Origin: Myxococcota bacterium
GTDB lineage: Bacteria; Myxococcota_A; Polyangia; Nannocystales; Nannocystaceae
Assembly (NCBI GenBank): GCA_039028615.1
Contig: JBCCHT010000009.1
Span: 64,001-128,000 of the forward strand
Direction: 5' to 3'
Length of the DNA: 64,000 nucleotides
Shown here: one piece after another, positions 42,776-51,923 of the stretch
Layout: every line of letters starts with the position of its first letter
How positions within the stretch are numbered: the first letter of the stretch is position 1
The notes under the pieces: model-generated
Databases searched by the model: none
What the model saw: only the letters and a program-made list of their open reading frames with translations
Told to the model about the DNA's origin: nothing
Translations under genes and position numbers: made by a program

Positions 42776-45700
42776 ATGACTCGGCTCGGGCTCGTGGTCG
42801 CGATGGTGTCGTTCGTGATCGTCGGCGCGTGGTCGCGGCTCGTGCACGCGCACGAGCTGGGGATCGCGGTCCTGTCGACGACCGTGCCGTCCCGGTTCTG
42901 TCCCGGCGAGCGACGAGGCGTGCCCCTCACGGTGCGCAACGTCGGGCAAGAGGCCTGGGACCCGGCCAAGGGCGATCGCCTCGCGTACCACTGGCTCGAC
43001 CCGTCCGGGGAGATGGTGGAGCGCGATGGTCATCGGACGCTGCTGCCTGGTCCCATCGAGCCCGCCGCTGCGTTCGAGACCCTGGCGCATGTCGAGGCGC
43101 CCGCCGAGCCCGGGCGCTACCGGCTGCAGTGGGCGCTGGTGCGCGAGCAGGTGGACTGGGTGCACACGGGCGATCCGGGGGTGGAGACCGAGGTCGGCGG
43201 CTCCGGGCCCCCGCTGTCGTGGCGCATGGTCGCAGGCGGGCAGCCCGAGCCCATGCGCGTGGGCGAGACGGGCACGGCCTCCCTGACCGTGCGTAACGAC
43301 GGGTGTTCGTCGTGGGCGGCCGAGCAGGGCGACCACATGGCCTACCACTGGTACGACGCCGACGGGCGGGTGGTGGAGCCCGAGGGGCTACGCAGTCCCA
43401 TGCCCGCGCTCGGACCCGGCGAAGAGGCCACCTTCGACGCGAAGGTGCTGCCGCCCTTGGAGCCCGGGGACTACGTTTTGCAGTGGCACCCGGTGCGGGA
43501 AGGCCAGGCGTGGTTTCCCGAGCAGGAGGCCATGGCCGCGGTCTCGGTCGGCGACTCGGCCTGGGCGTGGTCGATGCACATGCTCGAGCCCTTCGACTCG
43601 ATCGCGGCCGGGGAGGTCGCCGACTTCGAGGTTTGGCTCCGCCACGACGGGCTCGACGACTGGTCGACCGCTCAGGGGGATGCGTTCTCGTACCGCTGGC
43701 TCGACGCCGACGGGGCGGTCGTGGCCGAAGGGGCGCGGGTCTCGTTGCCGTCGCCGTGGCTGCCCGGGGATGCGGCGCTCGTCACCGCCAAGGTCGTCGC
43801 GCCCGCGAAGCCGGGCCAGTACACGCTCGCGTGGGAGCCCGTGCGGGAAAACGTGCGGTGGTTCGGCGCGGCCTCGACGATCGGCGATCGACTCGCGGTG
43901 GAGGTCACCACGCCTCGCCTGGGCTGGGCCGTGGAGCAGATCGAGGTCCCCAGCCGGGCCTGGGTCGCGCGACAGGACACGGTACCCGTGGTGCTGCGCA
44001 ACACCGGGGCCGAGGCCTGGGATCCCGCGCGCGGCGATGGGCTCTCGTATCGCTGGTACGACGCCGACGGAGAGACGCTCCTGAGCGATGGCATGCGAAC
44101 CGTCTTGCCCGGCGTGGTGGAGCCGGGGGAGACCGTCGCGCTCGATGCCCGGGTCCGCGGCCCCCTCGAGCCGGGGCAGTTCGTGCTGGGCCTGGAGATG
44201 GTGCGCGAGCACGTCCGCTGGTACGGGGCACCCACCGCGGGGCAGGGTCGGATGGAGGTCCGGGTCGAGCGATGGTCGAGCTACCTGGTGACGCTGCTCG
44301 GCGCAGCGGGCATCGTCTTGGTGGTGGCCTTGCGTCGCCGCCCCGCGCCTGGCCCCGCGTGGTGGGTCGCGTGGCGAGTCGGTCCCGCGCTGTGGTGCGG
44401 GCTGGCCATGGCGGTGGTGGTGCACTGCTTCGTCGACCTCAGCGGCGCGGAGCCCTGGGAGGGTCGGCAGTGGGTGGTGATCGGCCCCGGCTTCGGCCTG
44501 GCCCTGGCGGTGCTGCCCTGGTCGCCGCGCATCCAGGCGTGGGCGGGCGCGGTGGTGCTGGGGCTGTGCACCTTCATCGCCCTGGCCGATCTGGCGTACC
44601 TGCACTTTTTCGGCAGCATCGTGCCGATCTCGGCGGTCTGGGCGGTGCACCACCTGTCGGACGCCGAGGCCACCGTGTCCTCGCTGCTGCAGCCCTCCCA
44701 CGGGTGGCTGGTGACCGTGCCCATCCTGGCGATCGGGCTGGCCATCGCTTGGCCGGGGCGCCTCACCGACGCCCGCCCGCCCGCTCGCCGTCGCCGAATC
44801 TTGGTGGCGATCGGGCTCGGCGTGCTGCTGGGGGCCATGCCCATGGTGCGCACCTTTCAGAAGGTGTTCTCCACCAGCCTGGGTCGCCGCGTCTTCAACG
44901 AGGAGGACAACGTGGGTCGCCTGGGCGTGGTGGGGGCCCACCTGTTCCAGGTGATTCGAGAGCTTCGCGACCTGCTGGGCCCCGACGAGCTGACCGGCGA
45001 GCGGGCGGAGGTCATGGCCCGCGAGCTCGCCGAGCGTCGCGAGGCCCGGGCGCAGGCCAAGCCCCAGACCCCGGGCTTCGGGGCGGCCGAGGGCTACGAC
45101 GTGGTGCTGATCCAGGTCGAAGCGCTCCAGCAGTGGGTCATCGGCGCGAGCGTGCAAGGCCAGGAAGTCACGCCCTTCCTCAATGCGGCCACCCACAATG
45201 CGCTCTACTTCGACCAGGTCTTCGATCAGACCGCGCAGGGGCGGACCTCCGACGCCGAGTACCTGGTGCTCGGAGCCGGCCACCCCCCGGCTCGGGGCGC
45301 GCTGGCGTTTCAGTACCAGGACAACGACTTCTATACGGTCGCCCACGTCCTCGCCGACCGCGGCTACACCACGTTCTCGGCCCATCCCTACAAGCGCGGC
45401 TTCTGGAACCGAGCGCGGATCCACCCCCGCTATGGCTTCGGAAGCTCGCGCTTTCGTCGAGAGTTCGGCCCGGGCCCGATGGTGGGGTGGGGGCTGAGCG
45501 ATGAGGCGTTCTTGGAGCGAATGACGCCCGACATCGTCGGCGCGCCACGGCCCTCGCTCACCTTCATGATCACGCTCAGCCTGCATCATCCCTACGATTC
45601 GTTCCCGTCCGCGTTCAAGCGCTTGGATCTGGGCGGGCTCGAGGGGCACTGGGTGGGCAACTACCTCCATGCCATGCATCACTTCGACGTGGCGTTCGAG

Positions 45701-46240
45701 ACCTTGATGACCACGCTCGAAGAAGAAGGTCGGCTCGAGCACACGCTGGTGGTCCTGTATGGCGATCACGTCACCGGGATGGAAGAGCCGCCCGAGGTGC
45801 TGGCGTTCGCGGGACGTGAGACCTGGGACCCGGGGGCCCACGTTGCGTTGCATCGGGTGCCCGTGTTCTTCTGGGTCGGCGACTCACCGCCCGAAGAGCT
45901 TCGTGGTCAACGCAACCGCGTCGGGGGGCACGTCGACATCGGACCGACGACGCTGCACCTGCTGGGCATCGACGATCCTCGACCGGCCGCATTGGGGCGA
46001 CCTTTGCTCGAGCCGGGGCCGGGCTTCGCCGTGCTGTCCTCGGGTGGGGCCGTCGATGCCGAGCTCGCGCTGGCCATGGCGGGCGAGGGCATCCCTCGCG
46101 AGGGCACGTGCTTCGAGCGGCACGGAGGCCGGAGTGTCGCGCTCGAACGCTGCGCGTCGCTCGCCGCGCGGGCCGAAGTCGAGCTCGAAATCGCCCGGGA
46201 ACTACTCACGCACGACGTGCACCGCGCGCCGCCCGAGTGA
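42776..46240 (+). CDS. LtaS-family (sulfatase-fold) membrane enzyme with four N-terminal Ig-like repeats
   Basis: Signal peptide; 4x LTVRNxG..W...GD.L.Y.W.D..G repeats; 5 TM; IQVEALQ, GRTSDAE (catalytic Thr), SLHHPY, YGDH. Confidence 0.88.
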   Translation: MTRLGLVVAMVSFVIVGAWSRLVHAHELGIAVLSTTVPSRFCPGERRGVPLTVRNVGQEAWDPAKGDRLAYHWLDPSGEMVERDGHRTLLPGPIEPAAAFETLAHVEAPAEPGRYRLQWALVREQVDWVHTGDPGVETEVGGSGPPLSWRMVAGGQPEPMRVGETGTASLTVRNDGCSSWAAEQGDHMAYHWYDADGRVVEPEGLRSPMPALGPGEEATFDAKVLPPLEPGDYVLQWHPVREGQAWFPEQEAMAAVSVGDSAWAWSMHMLEPFDSIAAGEVADFEVWLRHDGLDDWSTAQGDAFSYRWLDADGAVVAEGARVSLPSPWLPGDAALVTAKVVAPAKPGQYTLAWEPVRENVRWFGAASTIGDRLAVEVTTPRLGWAVEQIEVPSRAWVARQDTVPVVLRNTGAEAWDPARGDGLSYRWYDADGETLLSDGMRTVLPGVVEPGETVALDARVRGPLEPGQFVLGLEMVREHVRWYGAPTAGQGRMEVRVERWSSYLVTLLGAAGIVLVVALRRRPAPGPAWWVAWRVGPALWCGLAMAVVVHCFVDLSGAEPWEGRQWVVIGPGFGLALAVLPWSPRIQAWAGAVVLGLCTFIALADLAYLHFFGSIVPISAVWAVHHLSDAEATVSSLLQPSHGWLVTVPILAIGLAIAWPGRLTDARPPARRRRILVAIGLGVLLGAMPMVRTFQKVFSTSLGRRVFNEEDNVGRLGVVGAHLFQVIRELRDLLGPDELTGERAEVMARELAERREARAQAKPQTPGFGAAEGYDVVLIQVEALQQWVIGASVQGQEVTPFLNAATHNALYFDQVFDQTAQGRTSDAEYLVLGAGHPPARGALAFQYQDNDFYTVAHVLADRGYTTFSAHPYKRGFWNRARIHPRYGFGSSRFRREFGPGPMVGWGLSDEAFLERMTPDIVGAPRPSLTFMITLSLHHPYDSFPSAFKRLDLGGLEGHWVGNYLHAMHHFDVAFETLMTTLEEEGRLEHTLVVLYGDHVTGMEEPPEVLAFAGRETWDPGAHVALHRVPVFFWVGDSPPEELRGQRNRVGGHVDIGPTTLHLLGIDDPRPAALGRPLLEPGPGFAVLSSGGAVDAELALAMAGEGIPREGTCFERHGGRSVALERCASLAARAEVELEIARELLTHDVHRAPPE

Positions 46241-46504
46241 CGGTTTCGCGCCGTTTTTGATCTGCGCGCCCGATCCATGGCGAGATCTGCCGGGCGACTC
46301 CCCGGTTCGCGGGAGAACGGTACTCGAAAGCACAAAAGCGGCGCCGATTCTGGCCTGAGATGGGCGGAATCGAGCATTGATGGCTAGTGGTTATGCTACC
46401 AGTGGCTACAAGTATAGCCATATAGGTTTTGGGCATACAATGTAGGCATGTGTAGACACACGTAGTTTCTCCAATGATTCCTACATGTAGGTCAATGGTG
46501 GGCC

Positions 46505-46519
46505 TGGCACACACATTGC
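46505..46519 (+). promoter_or_regulatory. Sigma-54 (-24/-12) promoter
   Basis: TGGCAC-ACACA-TTGC matches the RpoN consensus exactly, about 95 bp upstream of ATG 46615. Confidence 0.75.
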
Positions 46520-46614
46520 GTAGGGGGGGAGCGCGAGGCCAGTGGCCACCCGCAACCGCAACCGTCACCCACGACGCCCGTCCTAACCGCCCAAGAGCTT
46601 CTCGAGGAATCAAG

Positions 46615-48768
46615 ATGATGAAAGCCAACAAGATCGCCTGGCTGACCGCTTTGACCATTCTGGCTGGCTGCGCCGATGCAGGGACGGACAACGAGCCCGG
46701 CGACGAGCTGAGCCCGGACTTCCGTGACGGCTCGTACCACTACGTGTTCGGGTACGACCCCGAGACCGGCGAGCAGATTCGCGGCGGCGCGCACATGGTC
46801 CTGACCTTCGACGAAGAGGGCAAGACCGAGGCCATCGACTCCGCCAACCGCACCTCGCGATTCCACCCCTCGCTGACCACGGGCAGCGAGTACGCCCGCT
46901 TCGACGCGAGCCTCACCGAGGGCGAGACCGACTGGGACGTGTTCGCCTCCACCTGGTGGCCGCAGTCCAAGAACGGCACCGCTTGGCGCTGGCAGCCCGG
47001 CGCCAACCAGGACTACGCCGACCTCAGCGACGTCGACACCCTCTCCCCCATGGAGAAGTACGACCTGCTGTTCTACCCGGGCCAGGGCGATACGGTCCCC
47101 GCGACCGAGAACTGCACCTACGCCGACTACGCCGAGGACCGCGACAACTGCGAGAAGACCTCGCACCCCGAGCTGACCGTGGCCGGCCCCGCTACCAAGT
47201 GGGAGATCGAGAACCAGGGCCAGTACCAGTGGGTGCAGCCCGAGAACTGGTGGGGCCACTGCAACGGCTGGGCCTCCTACGCCACCGCCGAGCCCATGGG
47301 CTACCCGCACCGCGACGTCCGCGTGAAGCTGGTCGACGACAAGGTCACCGAGTGCGTCGAGGGTGATGACGACGCCAGCTGCGTGCTGTGGAAGATGGCC
47401 GACGTCGAGGGCCTGTTCACCGAGCTTCACTTCAGCGACCAGGCCACCTTCACCGGCCGACGCTGCCGCACCGCCGCCGACGAGATCGAGCGCGACGAGT
47501 TCGGTCGTCCCACCGACGTGTCCTGCCGCGACCTCAACCCCGGCTCCTTCCACATCGCCATCACCGGCCTGCTGGGCCGTGGCACCCGCAACCTGACCAC
47601 CAACGAGGACGGCCGCCCGCCCTTCGTGGTCGACCACACCGCGGACTACGAGGTCTGGAACTTCCCCGTGACCGCGTTCACGGCGGACTACGAGACCGTC
47701 ACCGCCGAGCAGGCCAACGAGCTCATCGGGGCCAACGGCTCCGACTACGTCTTCAACGACGACGCCGTGTCCTTCCAGCGGGTCGCCCTGACCTACACCA
47801 TGATCTCGGACGCCGTGCCCGAGAACGAGCTGCTCAAGCGCGCCGACACCCGCAACGTCGACCCGCACCTGGTCGAGCTCAACTACGTGCTCGAGCTGGA
47901 CGAGGGCGGCCGCATCATCGGCGGCGAGTGGATCAAGGATCCCGTCACCACCGGTCCCAACAACCAAGAGCTGCACCCGGACTTCGCCTGGATGGCCGTG
48001 GGCGCCATTGGCTACGGCGAGGGGTCGGATGACACCGGCGGCGACAACGACAACCCCTACATCGCGCTGTCCAAGGCTCGCGCCCTGCTCCAGTGCGCCA
48101 ACGAGCCCGAGTCCTGCGCCCCCGAGGGCCGCGACGGCGAGCTCGAGCCCCTGCTCGACGTGACCGAGATGGTCGCCGAGGACGAGACCCGCACCTACGC
48201 CACCGAGGAGCTTCCCGCGGGCGAGTTCACCGTGACCCTGGCCCACACCGAGGCCAATCCCGGCGGCGACGCGGACCTCTACGTCCGGGTGGGCGAAGGC
48301 CCGACCATGGAGGAGTACGACTGCCGCCCCTGGGAGACCGGCAGCGACGAGGTGTGCGTGGTCAACCTGACCGAGGCCAGCCGCATCGACATCATGGTCC
48401 ACGGCTACCCGGGCGAGGGCGACAGCCACTTCCGCCTGACCGTGACCGGTGACGTCGGCGAGCCCGAGCCCGAGGTCTGGGGCGGCCTGAACGAGAGCGG
48501 CACCGTGGTCGCGGGCGAGGAAGTTCGCTTCACCACGCCCAGCCTGCCCGTCGGGAGCTATCTGTTCGACATGAAGGGTGACGAGGACGCAGACCTCTAC
48601 GTCGCGGTGGGCAGCGAGCCGACCACTTCGGTCTACGAGTGCCGCCCCTACCTCAACGGCTCCGAAGAGCAGTGCACCGTCACGCTGAGCGAGCCCGCCG
48701 AGATTCACGTCATGGTCCGCGGCTACGCCGACCGCTCCAACTGGCAGCTCACTGGCGCCGCCCAGTAG
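46615..48768 (+). CDS. Transglutaminase-elicitor-like lipoprotein with two C-terminal PPC domains
   Basis: Lipobox LAGC; LSPMEKYD, WWGHCNGW, DLNPGSFH, EVWNFPV, GEWI, HPDFAW; 2x DADLYV...YDCRP...C PPC domains. Confidence 0.8.
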   Translation: MMKANKIAWLTALTILAGCADAGTDNEPGDELSPDFRDGSYHYVFGYDPETGEQIRGGAHMVLTFDEEGKTEAIDSANRTSRFHPSLTTGSEYARFDASLTEGETDWDVFASTWWPQSKNGTAWRWQPGANQDYADLSDVDTLSPMEKYDLLFYPGQGDTVPATENCTYADYAEDRDNCEKTSHPELTVAGPATKWEIENQGQYQWVQPENWWGHCNGWASYATAEPMGYPHRDVRVKLVDDKVTECVEGDDDASCVLWKMADVEGLFTELHFSDQATFTGRRCRTAADEIERDEFGRPTDVSCRDLNPGSFHIAITGLLGRGTRNLTTNEDGRPPFVVDHTADYEVWNFPVTAFTADYETVTAEQANELIGANGSDYVFNDDAVSFQRVALTYTMISDAVPENELLKRADTRNVDPHLVELNYVLELDEGGRIIGGEWIKDPVTTGPNNQELHPDFAWMAVGAIGYGEGSDDTGGDNDNPYIALSKARALLQCANEPESCAPEGRDGELEPLLDVTEMVAEDETRTYATEELPAGEFTVTLAHTEANPGGDADLYVRVGEGPTMEEYDCRPWETGSDEVCVVNLTEASRIDIMVHGYPGEGDSHFRLTVTGDVGEPEPEVWGGLNESGTVVAGEEVRFTTPSLPVGSYLFDMKGDEDADLYVAVGSEPTTSVYECRPYLNGSEEQCTVTLSEPAEIHVMVRGYADRSNWQLTGAAQ

Positions 48769-48803
48769 TGCCGACGGGGAAGAGGTTTCGGGGATGAAAA
48801 AAC

Positions 48804-48990
48804 GGCGCGCCTAGGTGCGCCACGGAGGAGGAGCGGGGGCTCTTCCTCCACTCGAGGGGAGCTTGGGGAAGCTCCCCTCACTTTTTCGGTTGGTCACCAA
48901 CCACGCAGAAGGGGCAGCCGCGTCGTCGCGGGCTGCCCCTTTCGTTCGTCCCACGCAAAGAGGGGAGCCGCGTCGTCGCGAGCTCCCCTC
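48804..48990. repeat. Array of six hairpins including a 50-bp tandem duplication; includes a likely + strand terminator (48854-48887)
   Basis: Inverted repeats at 48804-21, 48824-49, 48854-79 (followed by ACTTTTT), 48888-902, 48908-42 and 48960-90. Confidence 0.75.
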
Positions 48991-49040
48991 CGTCGTCGAG
49001 TCCGGGCCCAGCGTGCGCTGGGCCGAACCGGTCGTGGCTT

Positions 49041-49376
49041 CTAGCCGAGCGCCTTGGACACGAACGCCTTGACCTTGGCCGACGAGCCCGGGTTGCCGAT
49101 CATCTTGTCGGCGACCTGGCCATCCTTGAACAGGATGAGGGTCGGCACCGAGCGCACGCCGAGCTTCGACGGCGTCTGCGGGTTGTTGTCGATGTCCATC
49201 TTCACGACCTTGAGCTTGCCCGCGAACTCGTGGGCCACGGTCTCGACGTGGGGCGCCAGGGCGCGGCACGGCCCGCACCAGGTGGCCCAGAAATCTACGA
49301 GTACGGGAACCTGCGACTGGAGTACTTCGCTGTCGAAGCCGTCGTCGGTCGTGTCCGAGATGATGTCGCTCGCCAT
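49041..49376 (-). CDS. trxA: Thioredoxin
   Basis: VLVDFWATWCGPC, VRSVPTL. Confidence 0.97.
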   Translation of the reverse strand: MASDIISDTTDDGFDSEVLQSQVPVLVDFWATWCGPCRALAPHVETVAHEFAGKLKVVKMDIDNNPQTPSKLGVRSVPTLILFKDGQVADKMIGNPGSSAKVKAFVSKALG

Positions 49377-49490
49377 TTCGCGAAGGGTAACGCACGGACC
49401 GAGCCCGTGCGGTGCGCAAAGGCTTGCGCTAGCGCACTTGCGACGCTAGCGCGAACCGAGCGGAAGCGGGCGTGGTTGGCCCTTTGGGCC

Positions 49491-50180
49491 TCAGGCGGCG
49501 CGACTGCCGAGCCAGCCCGGCCGATCTCCGAGGCTCGCCTGAGGTTTTTTGATCATGCCGATGAAGCGCTCGACGATGTCGTCGACGGTGGAGCCCTGCA
49601 CACTCGGACGTTCGAGTAGGGCGTTGTGCCACGCCTGCACCTTGGGCAGGCCGTCGAAGGGGTCGAGGCTGGCTTCGATGTCGGTGGACCAGCGGGCGCG
49701 CTGCATGAAGGGCGCGACGGCCGAGTCGACGAGGGAAAACTCGGATCCGTTGAAGTAGGGCCCCTTGCCCAGCTGACCTTCGATGCGCTCGAGCTTGGCG
49801 CGCTGGTCGGCGAGGAACTTGCGGGTCTGCTCTTCGGTCTCGGCCATGCTCATGCGGTACTGATCGAAGAGCAGCGACGAGCCGAACTCGATCCACGCCC
49901 GGTTGTGGGCGCGGCGCAGCGGATCTGCGGGGTGGAGGCGAGGCCCGGGCGTGGTCTCGTCGAGGTACTCGTTGATCACCGCCGACTCGAAGAGCACCAC
50001 GTCATCGTCGACCACCAGTACCGGCACCTTGCCGAAGGGGGAGATGTCGAGGAACCACTGCGGCTTGTTGGACAGGTCGATGTACTCGATGTCGTACTCG
50101 ACGCCCTTTTCCAGCAAGGTGATGATGGAGCGCTGTACGAAGGGGCACAGCTTGAACGAGACCAGCTTGTAGTGCGGCAT
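49491..50180 (-). CDS. Glutathione S-transferase (omega-like, CPF motif)
   Basis: LCPFVQR, SPFGKVPVL, LFESAVINEYLDE. Confidence 0.93.
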   Translation of the reverse strand: MPHYKLVSFKLCPFVQRSIITLLEKGVEYDIEYIDLSNKPQWFLDISPFGKVPVLVVDDDVVLFESAVINEYLDETTPGPRLHPADPLRRAHNRAWIEFGSSLLFDQYRMSMAETEEQTRKFLADQRAKLERIEGQLGKGPYFNGSEFSLVDSAVAPFMQRARWSTDIEASLDPFDGLPKVQAWHNALLERPSVQGSTVDDIVERFIGMIKKPQASLGDRPGWLGSRAA

Positions 50181-50233
50181 GGTGGACGGAAGCTCCTGCG
50201 GATGCAGGGCAATCGCCACGCGCGACGCCTCGG

Positions 50234-51763
50234 TTACATCCGGTAGCGGTGCTTGATGGACTGAGCCTTGCGCGCCTCGGAGAACCGCGTGCTGCGGACG
50301 AGATTCTCGATGCAGCTGGCGCCCTTGCGGCTGACCGAGCCCTGGGCCTTGGCCGACTGCACGCGGCCATTGGGGCTGATCTTGACGGCGACCTCGATGG
50401 ACTCGCCCGGGAACAGGCCGGCCTTCTTGCCGCAGCTGCGAATCTTGGCGTCGAGCCGGGCGAGGCGGCTGCGAACCTCGCGGGTCGTGCGGCGGACGGG
50501 CAGCTCGGCGTCGGCCTGCGTCGGCTCGGCGTCCTCGGTGGGCTCGTCGGTCGCGGGGGGATCGGCGGTCGAGGAATCGGCTGCGTCCAGCGCAGCTGGG
50601 TCCGCGTCGGCTTCACCACCCTCGGGCGCGGGCTCGGCGAGCTCGGCCTTGGCTGGCTCGGCCTCGTGCGGGGTCGGTTCGGCCGGCGGGGCCTCGGGGG
50701 TCGCTTTGGCCTCGTCGTTCAGGCCCGCGATGCTGGCTCCGGCCGCCGCGGAGGGCTCGGCCTCCTCGCCTTGCAGCATCGACCACGCCCCGATGCCCAG
50801 CCCCAGCAACACCGTGGCTGCCCCGGCGAGCGCGAGCCCACGGAGCCGGCCCCCGCTCGGCGCCGACGCGGTCGCGTCGACGGCCTCGATGGCCTCGATG
50901 AAATCCTCGGCGGTGGCGAACCGCTCGTCGCGGTCTCTGGCCAGCGCCTTGAGCACGAGCGCGTCGATCTGCGGGCCGATCTCCGCCTCGGGGCAGGCCT
51001 TGCTCGGCGGCACCCGGTCGGCGTGGATGTGCTGGTAGAGGATCGCCATCGGGTTGTTGCCGCGATAGGGCACTTCCCCGGTGAGCATGCGATAGAGGAT
51101 GACCCCCACCGAGTACAGGTCGGTCCGACCGTCGATGTCCTCGCCCAGGCCCTGCTCGGGCGACATGTACTCCGCCGTGCCGATGATCGCTCCCGTCTGG
51201 GTCAGCTGTTCCTCGGAGCCGTCGCCGTAGAGCTTGGCGATGCCGAAGTCGATGACCTTGACGAAGTCTTGGTTGCCGGGACGCGGGGTGATGAAGCAGT
51301 TGTGCGGCTTGATGTCGCGGTGGATGATGCCCGCTTCGTGGGCGGCCGACAGAGCGCCCAGCAGCTGGATGCAGATCGGCTTGATGCGCGACCAGGGCAG
51401 GCGTTTTTCCCGTTTGACGAGGAAGCGCAGGTCCTCGCCCTCGAGGTACTCCATCACGAAGAACGCACAGCCGTCGCTCTCGCCGTAGTCGGTGATGTCG
51501 ACGATGTTCTCGTGGCGGATCCGCGACGATGCCTTGGCCTCCTGGAGGAAGCGCCCCACCGTTCGAGGGCGGCGCATCTGCTCCGGCGCCAGCACCTTGA
51601 TGGCGACGTCCTTGTCGATCTTCAGGTGTTTGGCGAGGTAAACGTCGCCCATGCCCCCCTCGCCGATGAGGGAGTCGATGCGGTAGCGCCCGGCGAGAAC
51701 CGTGCCCGAGGACAGGGTTGTCCGTTCGATCAACGGATCTCCGTTGGTCGCCAGGGTTTGCAT
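50234..51763 (-). CDS. Membrane Ser/Thr protein kinase with TonB-C/AgmX-like C-terminal domain
   Basis: GEGGMGDVY, HRDIKPHN, DFGIAK, GTAEYMSPEQ; TM; C-term C...VAVKISPNGRV...CI; start may be GTG 51787. Confidence 0.92.
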   Translation of the reverse strand: MQTLATNGDPLIERTTLSSGTVLAGRYRIDSLIGEGGMGDVYLAKHLKIDKDVAIKVLAPEQMRRPRTVGRFLQEAKASSRIRHENIVDITDYGESDGCAFFVMEYLEGEDLRFLVKREKRLPWSRIKPICIQLLGALSAAHEAGIIHRDIKPHNCFITPRPGNQDFVKVIDFGIAKLYGDGSEEQLTQTGAIIGTAEYMSPEQGLGEDIDGRTDLYSVGVILYRMLTGEVPYRGNNPMAILYQHIHADRVPPSKACPEAEIGPQIDALVLKALARDRDERFATAEDFIEAIEAVDATASAPSGGRLRGLALAGAATVLLGLGIGAWSMLQGEEAEPSAAAGASIAGLNDEAKATPEAPPAEPTPHEAEPAKAELAEPAPEGGEADADPAALDAADSSTADPPATDEPTEDAEPTQADAELPVRRTTREVRSRLARLDAKIRSCGKKAGLFPGESIEVAVKISPNGRVQSAKAQGSVSRKGASCIENLVRSTRFSEARKAQSIKHRYRM

Positions 51764-51923
51764 CTCGTCGGGCGTGTAGGTCGTCACCAAAGAAGAAGCC
51801 GTGCCACCATGGTAGCGGTGAGCAGGTGTCGGCGCAGCAATCCGGCTTGAGCCGCCCCGGTCACCCTGCATATCATCTCGGCTCGAAATGTCGGCGGATC
51901 ACGGACAGGCCCCGCAAAAAGCG

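Noticed and set aside
48901..48990. Two 40-bp palindromic repeats as a mini-CRISPR
   Set aside because: Only two diverged copies separated by 10 bp; no cas genes.
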